Assembly (NCBI GenBank): GCA_020638295.1
Contig: JACKIU010000002.1
Location: 505,495 to 569,494 of the forward strand
DNA length: 64,000 nt
Reading direction: 5' to 3'
Origin: Rhodospirillales bacterium
GTDB taxonomy: Bacteria; Pseudomonadota; Alphaproteobacteria; Micavibrionales; Micavibrionaceae
Of this stretch, positions 50,417 through 62,587 are shown in pieces; position 1 is the first letter of the stretch, and every line of letters starts with the position of its first letter. The translations under genes were made by a program, and so were the position numbers. The notes below the pieces were generated by a model. It saw only the letters and a program-made list of their open reading frames with translations. It searched no databases and was not told the origin of the DNA.

Positions 50417-53400
50417 CTATTTCTGCTCGAACAGCACGCGCCGCAAGATCCCCGGCGTCAATACGGACAGCGGATTGACCGAGACTTTCGGATCTTCGCT
50501 TGATCCTTTCATCGTATAGGTCGCCGCAATCAACGCGCCGGTTCCGCCGGTCAAAATATCCCCGACCAGCGGAATATCGCCGATCACCTTGTTAATCCCC
50601 GAGAGTGGGATAATCGTGCCCGTCACATCCATCGTATGGGCGGCATTATCGAACGTCCCGTCAAAGGTCAGCCCCAATGAATTGCCCGATGTCCGGCCGT
50701 CCTTAAACACCAGCAACGATCCATTCGGTCGATATAGCCAGTCGAAATTCGCCTCCATCTTGGTAAAGCTGAGGCCCTCCTGCCCGTTCAGGCTGGCCAT
50801 CAGGCCGGGCAAAGACATCGCCCCGAGCAACTGGGCGAGCGCCGGGGCATCAACAACCTTGAAATCGCTCATTTCCGCCACGCCAACCAGATTACGATCA
50901 AGCACACCGTGAATCGGCTCGCCGTAAATCACCAGCTTGCCGCCGCGAACGCCGCGATACAGATCGAACGCCCTCAGCGTCGCGCCCGCATCATCGGCCT
51001 CCAGCCTGAATACACGCTTGCCCGAACCGTCCGGCTTATAACGCAAATAAATATCGCCGCTGCCCGCAATCGCGTCCATTTCCATCTGGTTGATTGTGCC
51101 CAGCCCGTCAATATCGATATACAGCTTGGCATATTGCACCGTTTCCTTATCCGCCGTGCGCATCCGGTCGCTCGCCACCGAGATCAGCAATGGCGGCGCG
51201 TCATAAGGCTGCCCTTCTTTTTCTTCATCATCCATGAACGGCCTTGCATCAAGGAAAGGCCCATCCATCACAATTTTTGTCTGCCCAGAAGGCATAACCT
51301 CAAATTCCAGCCGCGCCACCGTTTCACCCAGCGTAAAACGCGAAACTTTTCCCCCGGCCAGCTCCGTCTCCTCGCGCTTCTGACGAAACCGCAAAACTGA
51401 AGACTCGAGACTCAATGATGGGGCAGAGCCTTTCAGATCAACAATTTCTGTAAGCTCTCCATTTTGCAAAACAGCCTTGAGCGTCGTTTCGCCTTTAACA
51501 CCGGGCAATTTCTCGTAATCGAACGGATCAACAAAGACCTTCGCCGGGGTAAGATCCGCCGTCACAACCGCATCGGCGCGTCCATCTGCATATTCGGTAT
51601 ACGTCACATCGGCAAAAGCCGGCCCTTCAAGAAAACTGCTCAGATCCATGCCGAACTGGTCACGCAGCCCCGGCGTCGCCATCACCGCCGCCTTGACCTG
51701 CATTTCATACGGCTTGCCCGCCGCATTCAAATATTCATGATAATCAAGCGTAATCGGCTGATCGCCGAGCCGTCCCTTGCCCTTCACGCGCAAGGCATTA
51801 TCCTTCACGCTCACATCAAACGGCCCTTCGCTTAAAGCCAGACCGTGTACAACATTGGGGAGTACCGCTTCGCGCAGAGCGCCGCGCACATTCACATCGA
51901 CATCCTCGATTTTGATATTGCTTCTGGTCGGCAGTGAAATATTGACCTGCAAATCCGCTTGCCCCTGAACATCGGCCACATCAATCTCGTTATTCACCCC
52001 GATCGGCTCATCACGAATATAGGTAAAAACCGACTTGGCCGGACCTTGCAGCTTGAGATTGATATCCGCCTGTCCCTTCCCGGCCTCAATAATATTGATC
52101 AACTCAACATCAGCCTCGCTGATTGCCAGATCCATAACCTTTGCCGATTCAATATCGACACGTAGTGTTTCGCTATTAAGGTTGAATGTGCCCTTGCCTT
52201 TCGCATGCGTTACTGGTTTCAACGGAGCGCGGTAGTTAACACTCATACCGTCAAACTCAAAACCGGCGACAAGATTTTTCAGATCGACGCTTCGCCCATC
52301 CGCGCCGGCAACAACGACCAGATCCCCTTGCGCATAGACATTCGAAAATGTCCCGTCGCCCAGCTTATCGACAATCCATTCCTTACTGTTGTCTTCCGCC
52401 AGGGCCGCAGGCCACAAAGGCGCAATCGCGCTCTGCTTGAGGCTTTCAATCTCAAGCCGCACCGGTCCCTTAACAGAACCGTCCTGCCCAAGATTTAATC
52501 CCGCATTCGCCTCTAGGTTCACCTCATCCCCCAGACTCACTTGCACCTTTTTAATCTCCAGCGCACCCTCATCCGCCTCATAATGCGCCAGCACCCCAAG
52601 ATCCTTGTACGCCACCGGTTCGGGGGAAAGCTCCGCAATACTCAAAGACCCGGCCCCTGACAACAACGTCAAATCCGCCCGTTTAAGCCTCATCCCCTCG
52701 ACCAAATGCGCCTTAAGTTGCGCCGTTACCGGCACATTCTGCACTTTCAGAACATCAAGCTCGGGAATATTTTGTCCCAGCAACGCCACGTTGAAACGCT
52801 CCAAAACCGCGTCAATGTCAACCACCTTCGAAGAAAGCCCCATCTCAGTATTAACCTTCAAACGCGGCGGCTGAACACCCGACCGCGAAGGCAACTCGAC
52901 ATAAGCCTCGGCCTTCAAGCCATCCTCAATGCGTTTCACCAAAACATCTGCCTGCGGTAAAATCCACGAAAGCTTCAGCACACGATCGTCGATTAACAGA
53001 CTCGCCTTCTCGATCTCAAAACTTTTCAGCTTCGAAAGCATGCTGCTCTGCCCACGCGCATCCGGCGCAGACGATAGCAATGCAAAAATATTCTCATAAA
53101 AATCACCCTCACCGGACTCTGCCTGCTGAGGCTTCGGAGGCCCATACGTCTTCAAATCCGCTACGCCCAGATCAAAACTATTATCCTGATGACGAACAAG
53201 AGAAAGACTGGGGCGCTTGATAATCAGCGCTTCCGGACGAATTTTCCCGAGCAGTAAATAGGCTTTATTCAGCCCCAGCGCCGCCTCTTCTATCGAGACC
53301 ACAACATGCCCTTCCGGCCCGTAAACCCGCGCCCCCTGCAAGCCCAGCAAGAACGGCTCGCGCACATCCGGCCAAAACAGCACGATTTTATCCACACTGA

Positions 53401-53587
53401 CACGCACACCGCTTTGCGGATCGCGCAGCGCTTCTTGCACATAAGGCCGAGCAAATTCCATATCTACCGGACCTGACAGCAACCGCCAGCCCAAAATACA
53501 TGCGGCGATCACGCCCAGCACAAAACCGGCCGCCAGCACCTCAACAAAAATCAACCCACCACGTTTAAAAAAAAGGCGAAAATTCAT
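50417..53587 (-). CDS. Large AsmA/YhdP-like envelope protein
   Basis: It is 1056 aa with a single N-terminal TM helix and a long beta-rich body. The conserved C-terminal segment is GDIPLVGDILTGGTGALIAATYTMKGSSEDPKVSVNPLS. Confidence 0.7.
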   Translation of the reverse strand: MNFRLFFKRGGLIFVEVLAAGFVLGVIAACILGWRLLSGPVDMEFARPYVQEALRDPQSGVRVSVDKIVLFWPDVREPFLLGLQGARVYGPEGHVVVSIEEAALGLNKAYLLLGKIRPEALIIKRPSLSLVRHQDNSFDLGVADLKTYGPPKPQQAESGEGDFYENIFALLSSAPDARGQSSMLSKLKSFEIEKASLLIDDRVLKLSWILPQADVLVKRIEDGLKAEAYVELPSRSGVQPPRLKVNTEMGLSSKVVDIDAVLERFNVALLGQNIPELDVLKVQNVPVTAQLKAHLVEGMRLKRADLTLLSGAGSLSIAELSPEPVAYKDLGVLAHYEADEGALEIKKVQVSLGDEVNLEANAGLNLGQDGSVKGPVRLEIESLKQSAIAPLWPAALAEDNSKEWIVDKLGDGTFSNVYAQGDLVVVAGADGRSVDLKNLVAGFEFDGMSVNYRAPLKPVTHAKGKGTFNLNSETLRVDIESAKVMDLAISEADVELINIIEAGKGQADINLKLQGPAKSVFTYIRDEPIGVNNEIDVADVQGQADLQVNISLPTRSNIKIEDVDVNVRGALREAVLPNVVHGLALSEGPFDVSVKDNALRVKGKGRLGDQPITLDYHEYLNAAGKPYEMQVKAAVMATPGLRDQFGMDLSSFLEGPAFADVTYTEYADGRADAVVTADLTPAKVFVDPFDYEKLPGVKGETTLKAVLQNGELTEIVDLKGSAPSLSLESSVLRFRQKREETELAGGKVSRFTLGETVARLEFEVMPSGQTKIVMDGPFLDARPFMDDEEKEGQPYDAPPLLISVASDRMRTADKETVQYAKLYIDIDGLGTINQMEMDAIAGSGDIYLRYKPDGSGKRVFRLEADDAGATLRAFDLYRGVRGGKLVIYGEPIHGVLDRNLVGVAEMSDFKVVDAPALAQLLGAMSLPGLMASLNGQEGLSFTKMEANFDWLYRPNGSLLVFKDGRTSGNSLGLTFDGTFDNAAHTMDVTGTIIPLSGINKVIGDIPLVGDILTGGTGALIAATYTMKGSSEDPKVSVNPLSVLTPGILRRVLFEQK

Positions 53588-53677
53588 ACCATATTTTATG
53601 CCACGCTTGACTCATGGCGCAAAGCCCTCATCTTAAAGAAAAGTGACACACACGAAATTTTTCGAAAGGAACGCCCA

Positions 53678-54157
53678 ATGTCGGAACTCAAAATCGGCGA
53701 TACCGCCCCGGATTTTACCGCCCCCACAGATGGCGACGGCGAGCTGTCCCTAAGCAGTTTCAAAGGACAAAACGTCGTTTTGTATTTTTACCCCAAAGAC
53801 GACACGCCGGGCTGCACCACAGAATCCTGCGGTTTTAACGAAGCCCTGCAAGCCTTCAAAAAACTCGGCGCAACCGTCATCGGCGTCTCAAAAGACAGCC
53901 CCCAACGCCACGATAAATTCAAAACCAAATACGGCCTGAATTTTCCATTAGTGTCCGATGAAAACAGTGACATCTGCGAACGTTACGGCGTGTGGAAAGA
54001 AAAAAACATGTACGGCAAAAAATATATGGGCATCGAGCGCTCGACCTTCCTGATAGATGCACGGGGGAAAATCGCCGCCATATGGCGCAAGGTCAAGGTA
54101 AACGGCCATGTCGATGAAATCCGGGCCGCCATCGAAGATTTAGCCAAGGCCGCCTAA
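53678..54157 (+). CDS. bcp: Thiol peroxidase Bcp (peroxiredoxin Q)
   Basis: It carries the motif YFYPKDDTPGCTTE. Confidence 0.9.
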   Translation: MSELKIGDTAPDFTAPTDGDGELSLSSFKGQNVVLYFYPKDDTPGCTTESCGFNEALQAFKKLGATVIGVSKDSPQRHDKFKTKYGLNFPLVSDENSDICERYGVWKEKNMYGKKYMGIERSTFLIDARGKIAAIWRKVKVNGHVDEIRAAIEDLAKAA

Positions 54158-54174
54158 CCCACTCATAGAAGCGC

Positions 54175-54205
54175 AAAAAAGCCCGCTAATGCCAGCGGGC
54201 TTTTT
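54175..54205. terminator. Bidirectional intrinsic terminator
   Basis: The sequence is AAAAAA-GCCCGCT-aatgcc-AGCGGGC-TTTTT. It lies between convergent genes. Confidence 0.75.
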
Positions 54206-54235
54206 CATTATTAAAAGAAGATGTTAAATCAGTTA

Positions 54236-54919
54236 TTACCCAGCCAAAGCATCGGCCATATCTTCAAGCCGGATCTCACGCCCGGCTTTGGCCGTATTCA
54301 AATGATCGTGCATATAATCAATCAACGTATCGTTATAACCGTGAAAGAAGTGATTGGCGCCATCAATAACGCGGTAATCAATCTCAACGCCTTTTTGCTG
54401 GTGCAGACGATCAACCAGATCGGACACCGACGACTCATCAATCACATCATCCTTGGAACCGTGCATCACCAACCCGGATGTCGGGCAAGGCGCCAAAAAG
54501 CTGAAATCCTCAGTATTCGCAGGCGGAGCAACAGAAATAAAGCCTTCAATCTCCGGACGACGCATCAACAATTGCATACCGATCCATGCCCCAAAGGAAA
54601 AACCGCCAACCCATACATAAGGGGCATTCGGATTGATCTCCTGCATCCAGTCCAGCGCCGAAGCCGCATCGCTCAGTTCGCCCTCGCCGTTATCGTAAAC
54701 CCCCTGCGAACGGCCGACTCCGCGAAAATTAAACCGCAAGCAGGAAAAACCGCGAGCGGAAAAAGCCTGAAACATATTGTAAGTGATTTTGTTATTCATC
54801 GTTCCGCCATGCTCAGGGCTGGGATGTAAAATCAAAGCAAGCGGCGCATTTTTAACTTTTGAATGAGAATAGCGTCCTTCAAGACGGCCCGCAGGACCAT
54901 TGAAAACAACTTCTGGCAT
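54236..54919 (-). CDS. Alpha/beta hydrolase
   Basis: It has the nucleophile elbow GGFSFGAW. The N-terminal GPAGRLEGRY...LILHPSPEHGG is typical of a conserved small hydrolase family. The ATG at 54919 has an AGGGGA SD. Confidence 0.75.
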   Translation of the reverse strand: MPEVVFNGPAGRLEGRYSHSKVKNAPLALILHPSPEHGGTMNNKITYNMFQAFSARGFSCLRFNFRGVGRSQGVYDNGEGELSDAASALDWMQEINPNAPYVWVGGFSFGAWIGMQLLMRRPEIEGFISVAPPANTEDFSFLAPCPTSGLVMHGSKDDVIDESSVSDLVDRLHQQKGVEIDYRVIDGANHFFHGYNDTLIDYMHDHLNTAKAGREIRLEDMADALAG

Positions 54920-55246
54920 ATATTCCCCTAACTTTTTCGGGTTGTTATAATTTTCAAAGAAGGAATTCAAGGACTGCGACCTCTATCCCATCTGGTACCT
55001 TAAAGGTGCTCCTATATAGGAAAATCACTCTGAAATGTCCACTAAAACCTTATAACGCATTGATTTTACTTGTGGATAACGATCACCCCAATCCGAATCA
55101 TCTCAAAACAAATATTCATTTAAAATTTCTTTCATATGTTTTTTCAAAAAAAGATCCTCAAGGAGACTTGATTATTTCCCCCAAAAGGGCAAATTAAGAT
55201 CATAATTAGAAAAAAGTAATATAAAAAATCTGAGACCAAACCAACG

Positions 55247-55657
55247 ATGCCCTCAACACTGACTTTAAATTCACGCGGTGAATATGCCGTAATGGCCATG
55301 ATTGAGCTGGCCCGCAGCGGATCAAAACACCCCCTGCCGCTGGCTGACATCGCCGCGAACGCCGGAATTTCATTATCGTATCTGGAACAGCTGATTGCCG
55401 GCATGCGCCGTCACAAGCTCGTGAAAAGCTATCGCGGTCCGGGCGGCGGCTATATTCTGGGCAAACACCCCGACGAAATTATGATCGCCGATATCTTGAC
55501 CGCTGCCGAAGACAGCACCCCGGCGCGGCGCGCCAAGACAAACGAAGATAAGCCAAAATGCGCACATACCAACGCCCTCTGGCTTCACATGGGGGAAATC
55601 ATCGGCAGTGCATTACACAAGATCACACTGGAAGATGTTCTGCATAACCGCCTTTAA
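55247..55657 (+). CDS. Rrf2 family transcriptional regulator
   Basis: It has a winged HTH (LADIAANAGISLSYLEQLIAGMRRHKLVKSYRGPGGGY). Only one Cys is present, so it lacks an IscR-type cluster triad. Confidence 0.85.
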   Translation: MPSTLTLNSRGEYAVMAMIELARSGSKHPLPLADIAANAGISLSYLEQLIAGMRRHKLVKSYRGPGGGYILGKHPDEIMIADILTAAEDSTPARRAKTNEDKPKCAHTNALWLHMGEIIGSALHKITLEDVLHNRL

Positions 55658-55746
55658 ACTTCTCAACACACCCGCATTAACCAAACATTAATATTATTAC
55701 ATAATAATAAACCCTGATTAACGGCTAACAAATAGAGGGGATTATT

Positions 55747-56280
55747 ATGGATTTTAAATCTTGGTTTGTTGAAAAAACAGACGGTGCACTTGAAGGAGCC
55801 GGCAACATGGCAGGTGACGCCTTTGATGCAGTCAAAAACAGCGTAAATCTAGATTTCGGCAACATTCTCGACAAAGGCAGCGTCGCCAAATACACCGAAG
55901 CGTTAAGCCATATGGGCACCAAAGACGCCAACCATATCGGGCAAAGATTACTGGGCCTAAACCCCGCTGGCAAAGGCATTGGCAACCTCGGCCCGCAAAC
56001 ACAAAAAGCATGGGAAGATTTTAAAACAAAGAACAACATTCCCGATACAGTTCAACTCAGAGGCCCGGATGGTAAAATCACCGCCGAAGCCATGGCGGTT
56101 CTGCGCGAACATGGCACAAAAACCGGCACCGACTTCAAAGAACTTAAGACATTCGATAGTGCCCTTGATACTGCGAAAGAGAAAATCGGCGACACGTATA
56201 ATAACGTAAAAGATACGGTAAAAGAGGCTTGGAAAAACAGTACACCGGGAGAGAGCATGTTAAATATGGGGGATAAATAA
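55747..56280 (+). CDS. Hypothetical protein with possible peptidoglycan-binding-like segment
   Basis: It has a strong SD (AGAGGGGA). GIGNLGPQTQKAWEDFKTKNNIPDT...GKITAEAMAVL loosely resembles PG_binding_1. The gene is AT-rich. Confidence 0.45.
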   Translation: MDFKSWFVEKTDGALEGAGNMAGDAFDAVKNSVNLDFGNILDKGSVAKYTEALSHMGTKDANHIGQRLLGLNPAGKGIGNLGPQTQKAWEDFKTKNNIPDTVQLRGPDGKITAEAMAVLREHGTKTGTDFKELKTFDSALDTAKEKIGDTYNNVKDTVKEAWKNSTPGESMLNMGDK

Positions 56281-56378
56281 TCCTCGGCAACATATAAACA
56301 AAACCGGCCCCTGCAAGAAATCTCCTGCGGGGGCTTGTGTATTGAAATCATCGCTAAAAGCGCTTAAGACGCTAAAGC

Positions 56379-57482
56379 ATGAGCAATGAGCATAAAATCT
56401 ATCTCGATTACAACGCCACCACGCCCGCCCGGCCCGAGGTCGTCGAGGCCGTCTGCGAATGCCTGCAAGGCCCGCACAACGCCTCCTCCGTCCACAGCTT
56501 CGGTCGCGCCGGGCGTAAAATGGTCGAACGCGCCCGTGAACAGGTGGCCGCCCTGATCGGCGCACCGACCAATCAGGTCATTTTTAATGCTGGCGCCACC
56601 GAAGGCAACAACACCGTCCTGCGCCATTTTGCAGGCCAGCGCATCCTCGCCAGCGCCATCGAACACCCTTCGGTCCTCAAAGCCGTGGAAGGTATAGAAA
56701 CCGTCCCCGTAACATCCAACGGTCTGTTGAATCTAGATGCGCTGGAAACCGCGCTGAAGGACAAACCGGCCGCCCTCGTCTCGCTGATGATGGTCAACAA
56801 CGAAACCGGCGTGATCCAGCCTGTGGCCGAAGCCGGCGCGCTGGCCCACAAATACGGCGCGCTGTTTCATTGCGACGCCGTGCAGGCCACCGGGCGCATC
56901 CCCGTGAACATAGCCGAACGCGGCATCGACTTTCTCACCCTATCGGCCCATAAACTTGGCGGGCCGCAAGGTGTCGGCGCACTCGCCCTCGGCTTGTGCG
57001 GCATCACACCAACCTTGCTCAGCGGCGGCGGACAGGAAAAACAAGCCCGCGCCGGCACTGAAAATGTCGCAGGGATTGCAGGCTTTGGCATCGCCGCCGA
57101 GCTGGCCGCCGGTGAAATCGAAACCTACGAACAAAAAACCGCCGCCCTGCAAACCAAACTTGAAAACGCGCTTCAAGATGTCCTCATCCACGGCCAGAAT
57201 GCCCCGCGTGTCACCAACACCACGCTGTTCTCCCTGCCGGGCGCATCCTCCGAAACGCTGCTCATGGCGCTCGATCTGGACGGAATCGCCGTCTCCAACG
57301 GCTCGGCATGCTCCTCGGGCCGCATCACCCCCAGCCATGTCCTCAAAGCCATGACCGCGAGTGACGCCGAGGCCGCCAGCGCCATCCGTATCTCGACGGG
57401 CTGGAATACAACCGAAAAGGATATTGATCGTTTCATCGAAGTCTGGCAGAACATCGCAAACCGCATTCAAAAAAGAGCATAA
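56379..57482 (+). CDS. Cysteine desulfurase (NifS/IscS-like)
   Basis: The PLP-Lys context is LSAHKLGGPQGVGAL and the catalytic Cys loop is SNGSACSSG. Confidence 0.9.
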   Translation: MSNEHKIYLDYNATTPARPEVVEAVCECLQGPHNASSVHSFGRAGRKMVERAREQVAALIGAPTNQVIFNAGATEGNNTVLRHFAGQRILASAIEHPSVLKAVEGIETVPVTSNGLLNLDALETALKDKPAALVSLMMVNNETGVIQPVAEAGALAHKYGALFHCDAVQATGRIPVNIAERGIDFLTLSAHKLGGPQGVGALALGLCGITPTLLSGGGQEKQARAGTENVAGIAGFGIAAELAAGEIETYEQKTAALQTKLENALQDVLIHGQNAPRVTNTTLFSLPGASSETLLMALDLDGIAVSNGSACSSGRITPSHVLKAMTASDAEAASAIRISTGWNTTEKDIDRFIEVWQNIANRIQKRA

Positions 57483-57487
57483 CACCG

Positions 57488-57826
57488 ATGCCGCAAGTTA
57501 CCTTTATCCAGCCCGATGGCCACCGGCAAACCGTACAGGCCGAGGAAAACTGGTCGATCATGCAGATCGCTTTGGCCCATAAAATCCCCGGCATTGAAGG
57601 CGCCTGTGGCGGCAACATGTCCTGCGCCACCTGCCATGTTTACATCCATCCCGATTGGGTGGAACGACTCATCGCCCAGGACAACGAAATATCCGATCAG
57701 GAAGAAGACTTGCTCGACACCGCCAAAGACCTGCGTGAAACGTCGCGCCTCGGCTGCCAGATCAAAATCACCGGCACATTGGACGGCCTGATCGTCGCCC
57801 TGCCCGGAAGCAAGGAGTGGCCATGA
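57488..57826 (+). CDS. fdx: 2Fe-2S ferredoxin (adrenodoxin type)
   Basis: It carries EGACGGNMSCATCHV and a distal LGCQ Cys. Confidence 0.9.
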   Translation: MPQVTFIQPDGHRQTVQAEENWSIMQIALAHKIPGIEGACGGNMSCATCHVYIHPDWVERLIAQDNEISDQEEDLLDTAKDLRETSRLGCQIKITGTLDGLIVALPGSKEWP

Positions 57827-58107
57827 TACGACACATCGTGATGTTTAACGCTGAAGATCCCGTCGACCGGGATAAAATCTTTGAAGGCCTGAAAGCCCTC
57901 GAGAGCATCCCCGGCAACTGGAAACTCGAAGTCCGGCGCAATCTGAAAGCCGATCAGCTCGGCAACGCCATTGACGTCGTCGTCTATGGCGAATTCGCCG
58001 ACGAAGCCGCACTGGAAGCATACAAAGCCCATCCGATTTATCAGGATACGATCAAAGTCGTCCGCCCCTTGCGCGATTTACGCATCGCCGCCGATATCGA
58101 AATTTAA
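57823..58107 (+). CDS. Dabb (stress-responsive alpha/beta barrel) family protein
   Basis: IRHIVMFNA...HPIYQDTIKVVRPL is typical of the family. An AAGGAG SD precedes the start, which forms an ATGA overlap with the fdx stop. Confidence 0.75.
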   Translation: MIRHIVMFNAEDPVDRDKIFEGLKALESIPGNWKLEVRRNLKADQLGNAIDVVVYGEFADEAALEAYKAHPIYQDTIKVVRPLRDLRIAADIEI

Positions 58108-58193
58108 TTCAATTTTGAATCGATTCCGAAACGAAACTTCACACCGCAAAGCCGCACTCATGTTATACTGAAAGTCTACAAAGGAGGTGTCCT

Positions 58194-58598
58194 ATGCCCC
58201 CACAAAAAATCCTCGTCATCGACGACAATGCCTTCGTTTTGAGATTGGTCCGGGATATTCTAGATCGTTATGGTTATATCGTGTTCACCGCCAGCACGGG
58301 GCTCGGCGGATACGAGGTTGCCTGCAACGAACACCCGGATCTGATTATTCTTGACCTACGCCTCGAAGACATCGGCGGCCTTAAGGTTTTACACAAAATC
58401 AAAGACAACAAGGTCACAGATTCAATTCCCGTCGCCATGCTCAGCAGCGACAACCACTACCACGAAATTCTCAAAAGCATGTCATTCGGCGCCGAAGACT
58501 ACATCGTCAAACCGTTCAAGGAAAAAACCCTGACCCGCAAGGTCGCCCGGCTGCTTACGAAACACCCGCCGAAAAAACGCGAGTTTGTCTACATTTAG
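58194..58598 (+). CDS. Single-domain response regulator (CheY-like receiver)
   Basis: It has the acidic pocket ILVIDDN, the phospho-acceptor context LIILDLRL and a conserved Lys in IVKPF. An AAGGAGG SD precedes the start. Confidence 0.9.
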   Translation: MPPQKILVIDDNAFVLRLVRDILDRYGYIVFTASTGLGGYEVACNEHPDLIILDLRLEDIGGLKVLHKIKDNKVTDSIPVAMLSSDNHYHEILKSMSFGAEDYIVKPFKEKTLTRKVARLLTKHPPKKREFVYI

Positions 58599-58665
58599 AC
58601 GCTGAACGGTTTTCATAATGCAAAGATTGTTTTTCCCGCGCAAAGTCGCTATAGTCCTGCGCGTT

Positions 58666-59809
58666 ATGAACTCACTCGGCATAGATAAAGACCCAAAAGA
58701 CACCCGCGTGGTGGTCGCCATGTCCGGCGGCGTCGACTCCTCCGTCGCCGCTGCGCTTTTGCATGAACAAGGCTATGACGTGGTCGGCGTCACGCTCCAG
58801 CTTTATGACTACGGTGAAGCGGTCGCCAAATCCAAAACCTGCTGCGCGGGGCAGGATATCTACGACGCCAAAAAGGTCGCCGACAAATGCGGCTTCCCCC
58901 ACTACGTTCTGAATTACGAAAGCAATTTCCGCGAAAGCGTCATCGAAGATTTCGTGGGCAGCTATATGCGCGGCCAAACCCCGATCCCTTGCGTCAAATG
59001 CAACCAGAGCGTCAAATTCCACGATCTGCTGCAAGTGGCCAAAGACCTCGGTGCAGATTGCATGGCCACCGGCCACTACATCAAACGCGTAATCAACGAC
59101 GATGGCCGCGCCACCCTCCACCGCGCCCACGACCACGGCAAGGACCAGAGCTATTTCCTCTTCGCCACCACGCAGGAACAACTCGACTTCCTGCGCTTTC
59201 CTTGGGCGGCTGGAGCAAAGACAAAACCCGTCGGGAGGCCGACCGCCTCGGCCTGATCACCGCCGACAAACCCGACTCTCAGGACATCTGCTTCGTCCCA
59301 CATGGCGACTATGCGCGTGTAGTCAAAAAATCCGCCCCGAAGCGGAACAGCCCGGCGACATCGTCCATATCGATGGCCGCATCATCGGCGCGCATGAGGG
59401 CATCATCCACTACACAATCGGCCAGCGCAAAGGCCTGGGCATCGGTGGCGGCGTCAGTGAAAACAACGAGCCTTTATACGTCGTGCAGATCGACCCTGCG
59501 GCCAACACCGTCATCGTCGGCCCCAAAGAGGCGCTGGCCCGCAATATTCTGTATCTAGAAGATTGCAACTGGCTGTATGACACCAAAAACCTGAAGGCAA
59601 AAAAAGGCTGCGCATTCCTTCCTGTCACAGTGAAGTTCCGCTCTGTCATGCAGCCTACACCCGCCGTTTTAAACACGGAAAAAAATGAAATCAGACTAGA
59701 GCGACCACAGTACGGCATTTCACCGGGGCAAGCCGCCGTCTGTTACACCGGCGACCGCGTCATCGGCGGCGGCTGGATTACCGGCACAAACTATAGCCAT
59801 TTCCTTTGA
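58666..59809 (+). pseudogene. mnmA: tRNA 2-thiouridine(34) synthase MnmA, interrupted by two frameshifts
   Basis: It has the PP-loop [10 protein letters not shown]. The homology path switches frame after LDFLRFP (about 59200-59202) and again after ARVVKK (A6 run at 59325-59330). All three segments read as contiguous MnmA sequence. Confidence 0.85.
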
Positions 59810-59832
59810 AAATCGGACATATTTCAGGACCG

Positions 59833-59903
59833 CGTCATTGCACGGCTTGTCCGTGCAATTTCTTGAAAACCAAAGATCACACGCACAAAGGCGTGTGATG
59901 ACG
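59833..59903. repeat. Degenerate palindromic repeat, copy E, carrying two terminator-like hairpins
   Basis: It has CGTCATTG...(TG)ATGACG termini. ATTGCACGG-cttgt-CCGTGCAAT (59837-59) is followed by TTCTTG on the plus strand. GATCACACGC-acaaag-GCGTGTGATG (59875-900) is followed by CTTTGGTTTT on the minus strand. It lies between convergent mnmA and gyrB. Confidence 0.6.
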
Positions 59904-59975
59904 ATGGGGATAAAATGCCCGACTTTTAAAGAAAATGACTATAGTCGTTTAAATTAAGCACCCACTTCCGCCTAA

Positions 59976-62468
<2,493 letters not shown>

Positions 62469-62587
62469 TTAATTTCTCTTGGTTTCAGCCAAGATTTTGT
62501 ATAGCATACGCCCTGCCCGAAAGACAGGAGAAAACGCGTTTTTTTACGCCTTTTTTCACACCCTAACAGATTGAAATAACTAAACAA

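Noticed and set aside
55071-55079. A perfect DnaA box (TGTGGATAA, i.e. TTATCCACA on the other strand) lies in the AT-rich 275-bp spacer upstream of the Rrf2 gene. It sits close to a switch from mostly minus-strand to mostly plus-strand genes, so I considered oriC.
   Set aside because: Only one good box is present, plus one weak one. There is no dnaA, dnaN, parAB or hemE context. Spot counts of G versus C show the plus strand C-rich on both sides (for example around 52.0 kb, 56.7 kb and 63.0 kb), so there is no skew inversion here.
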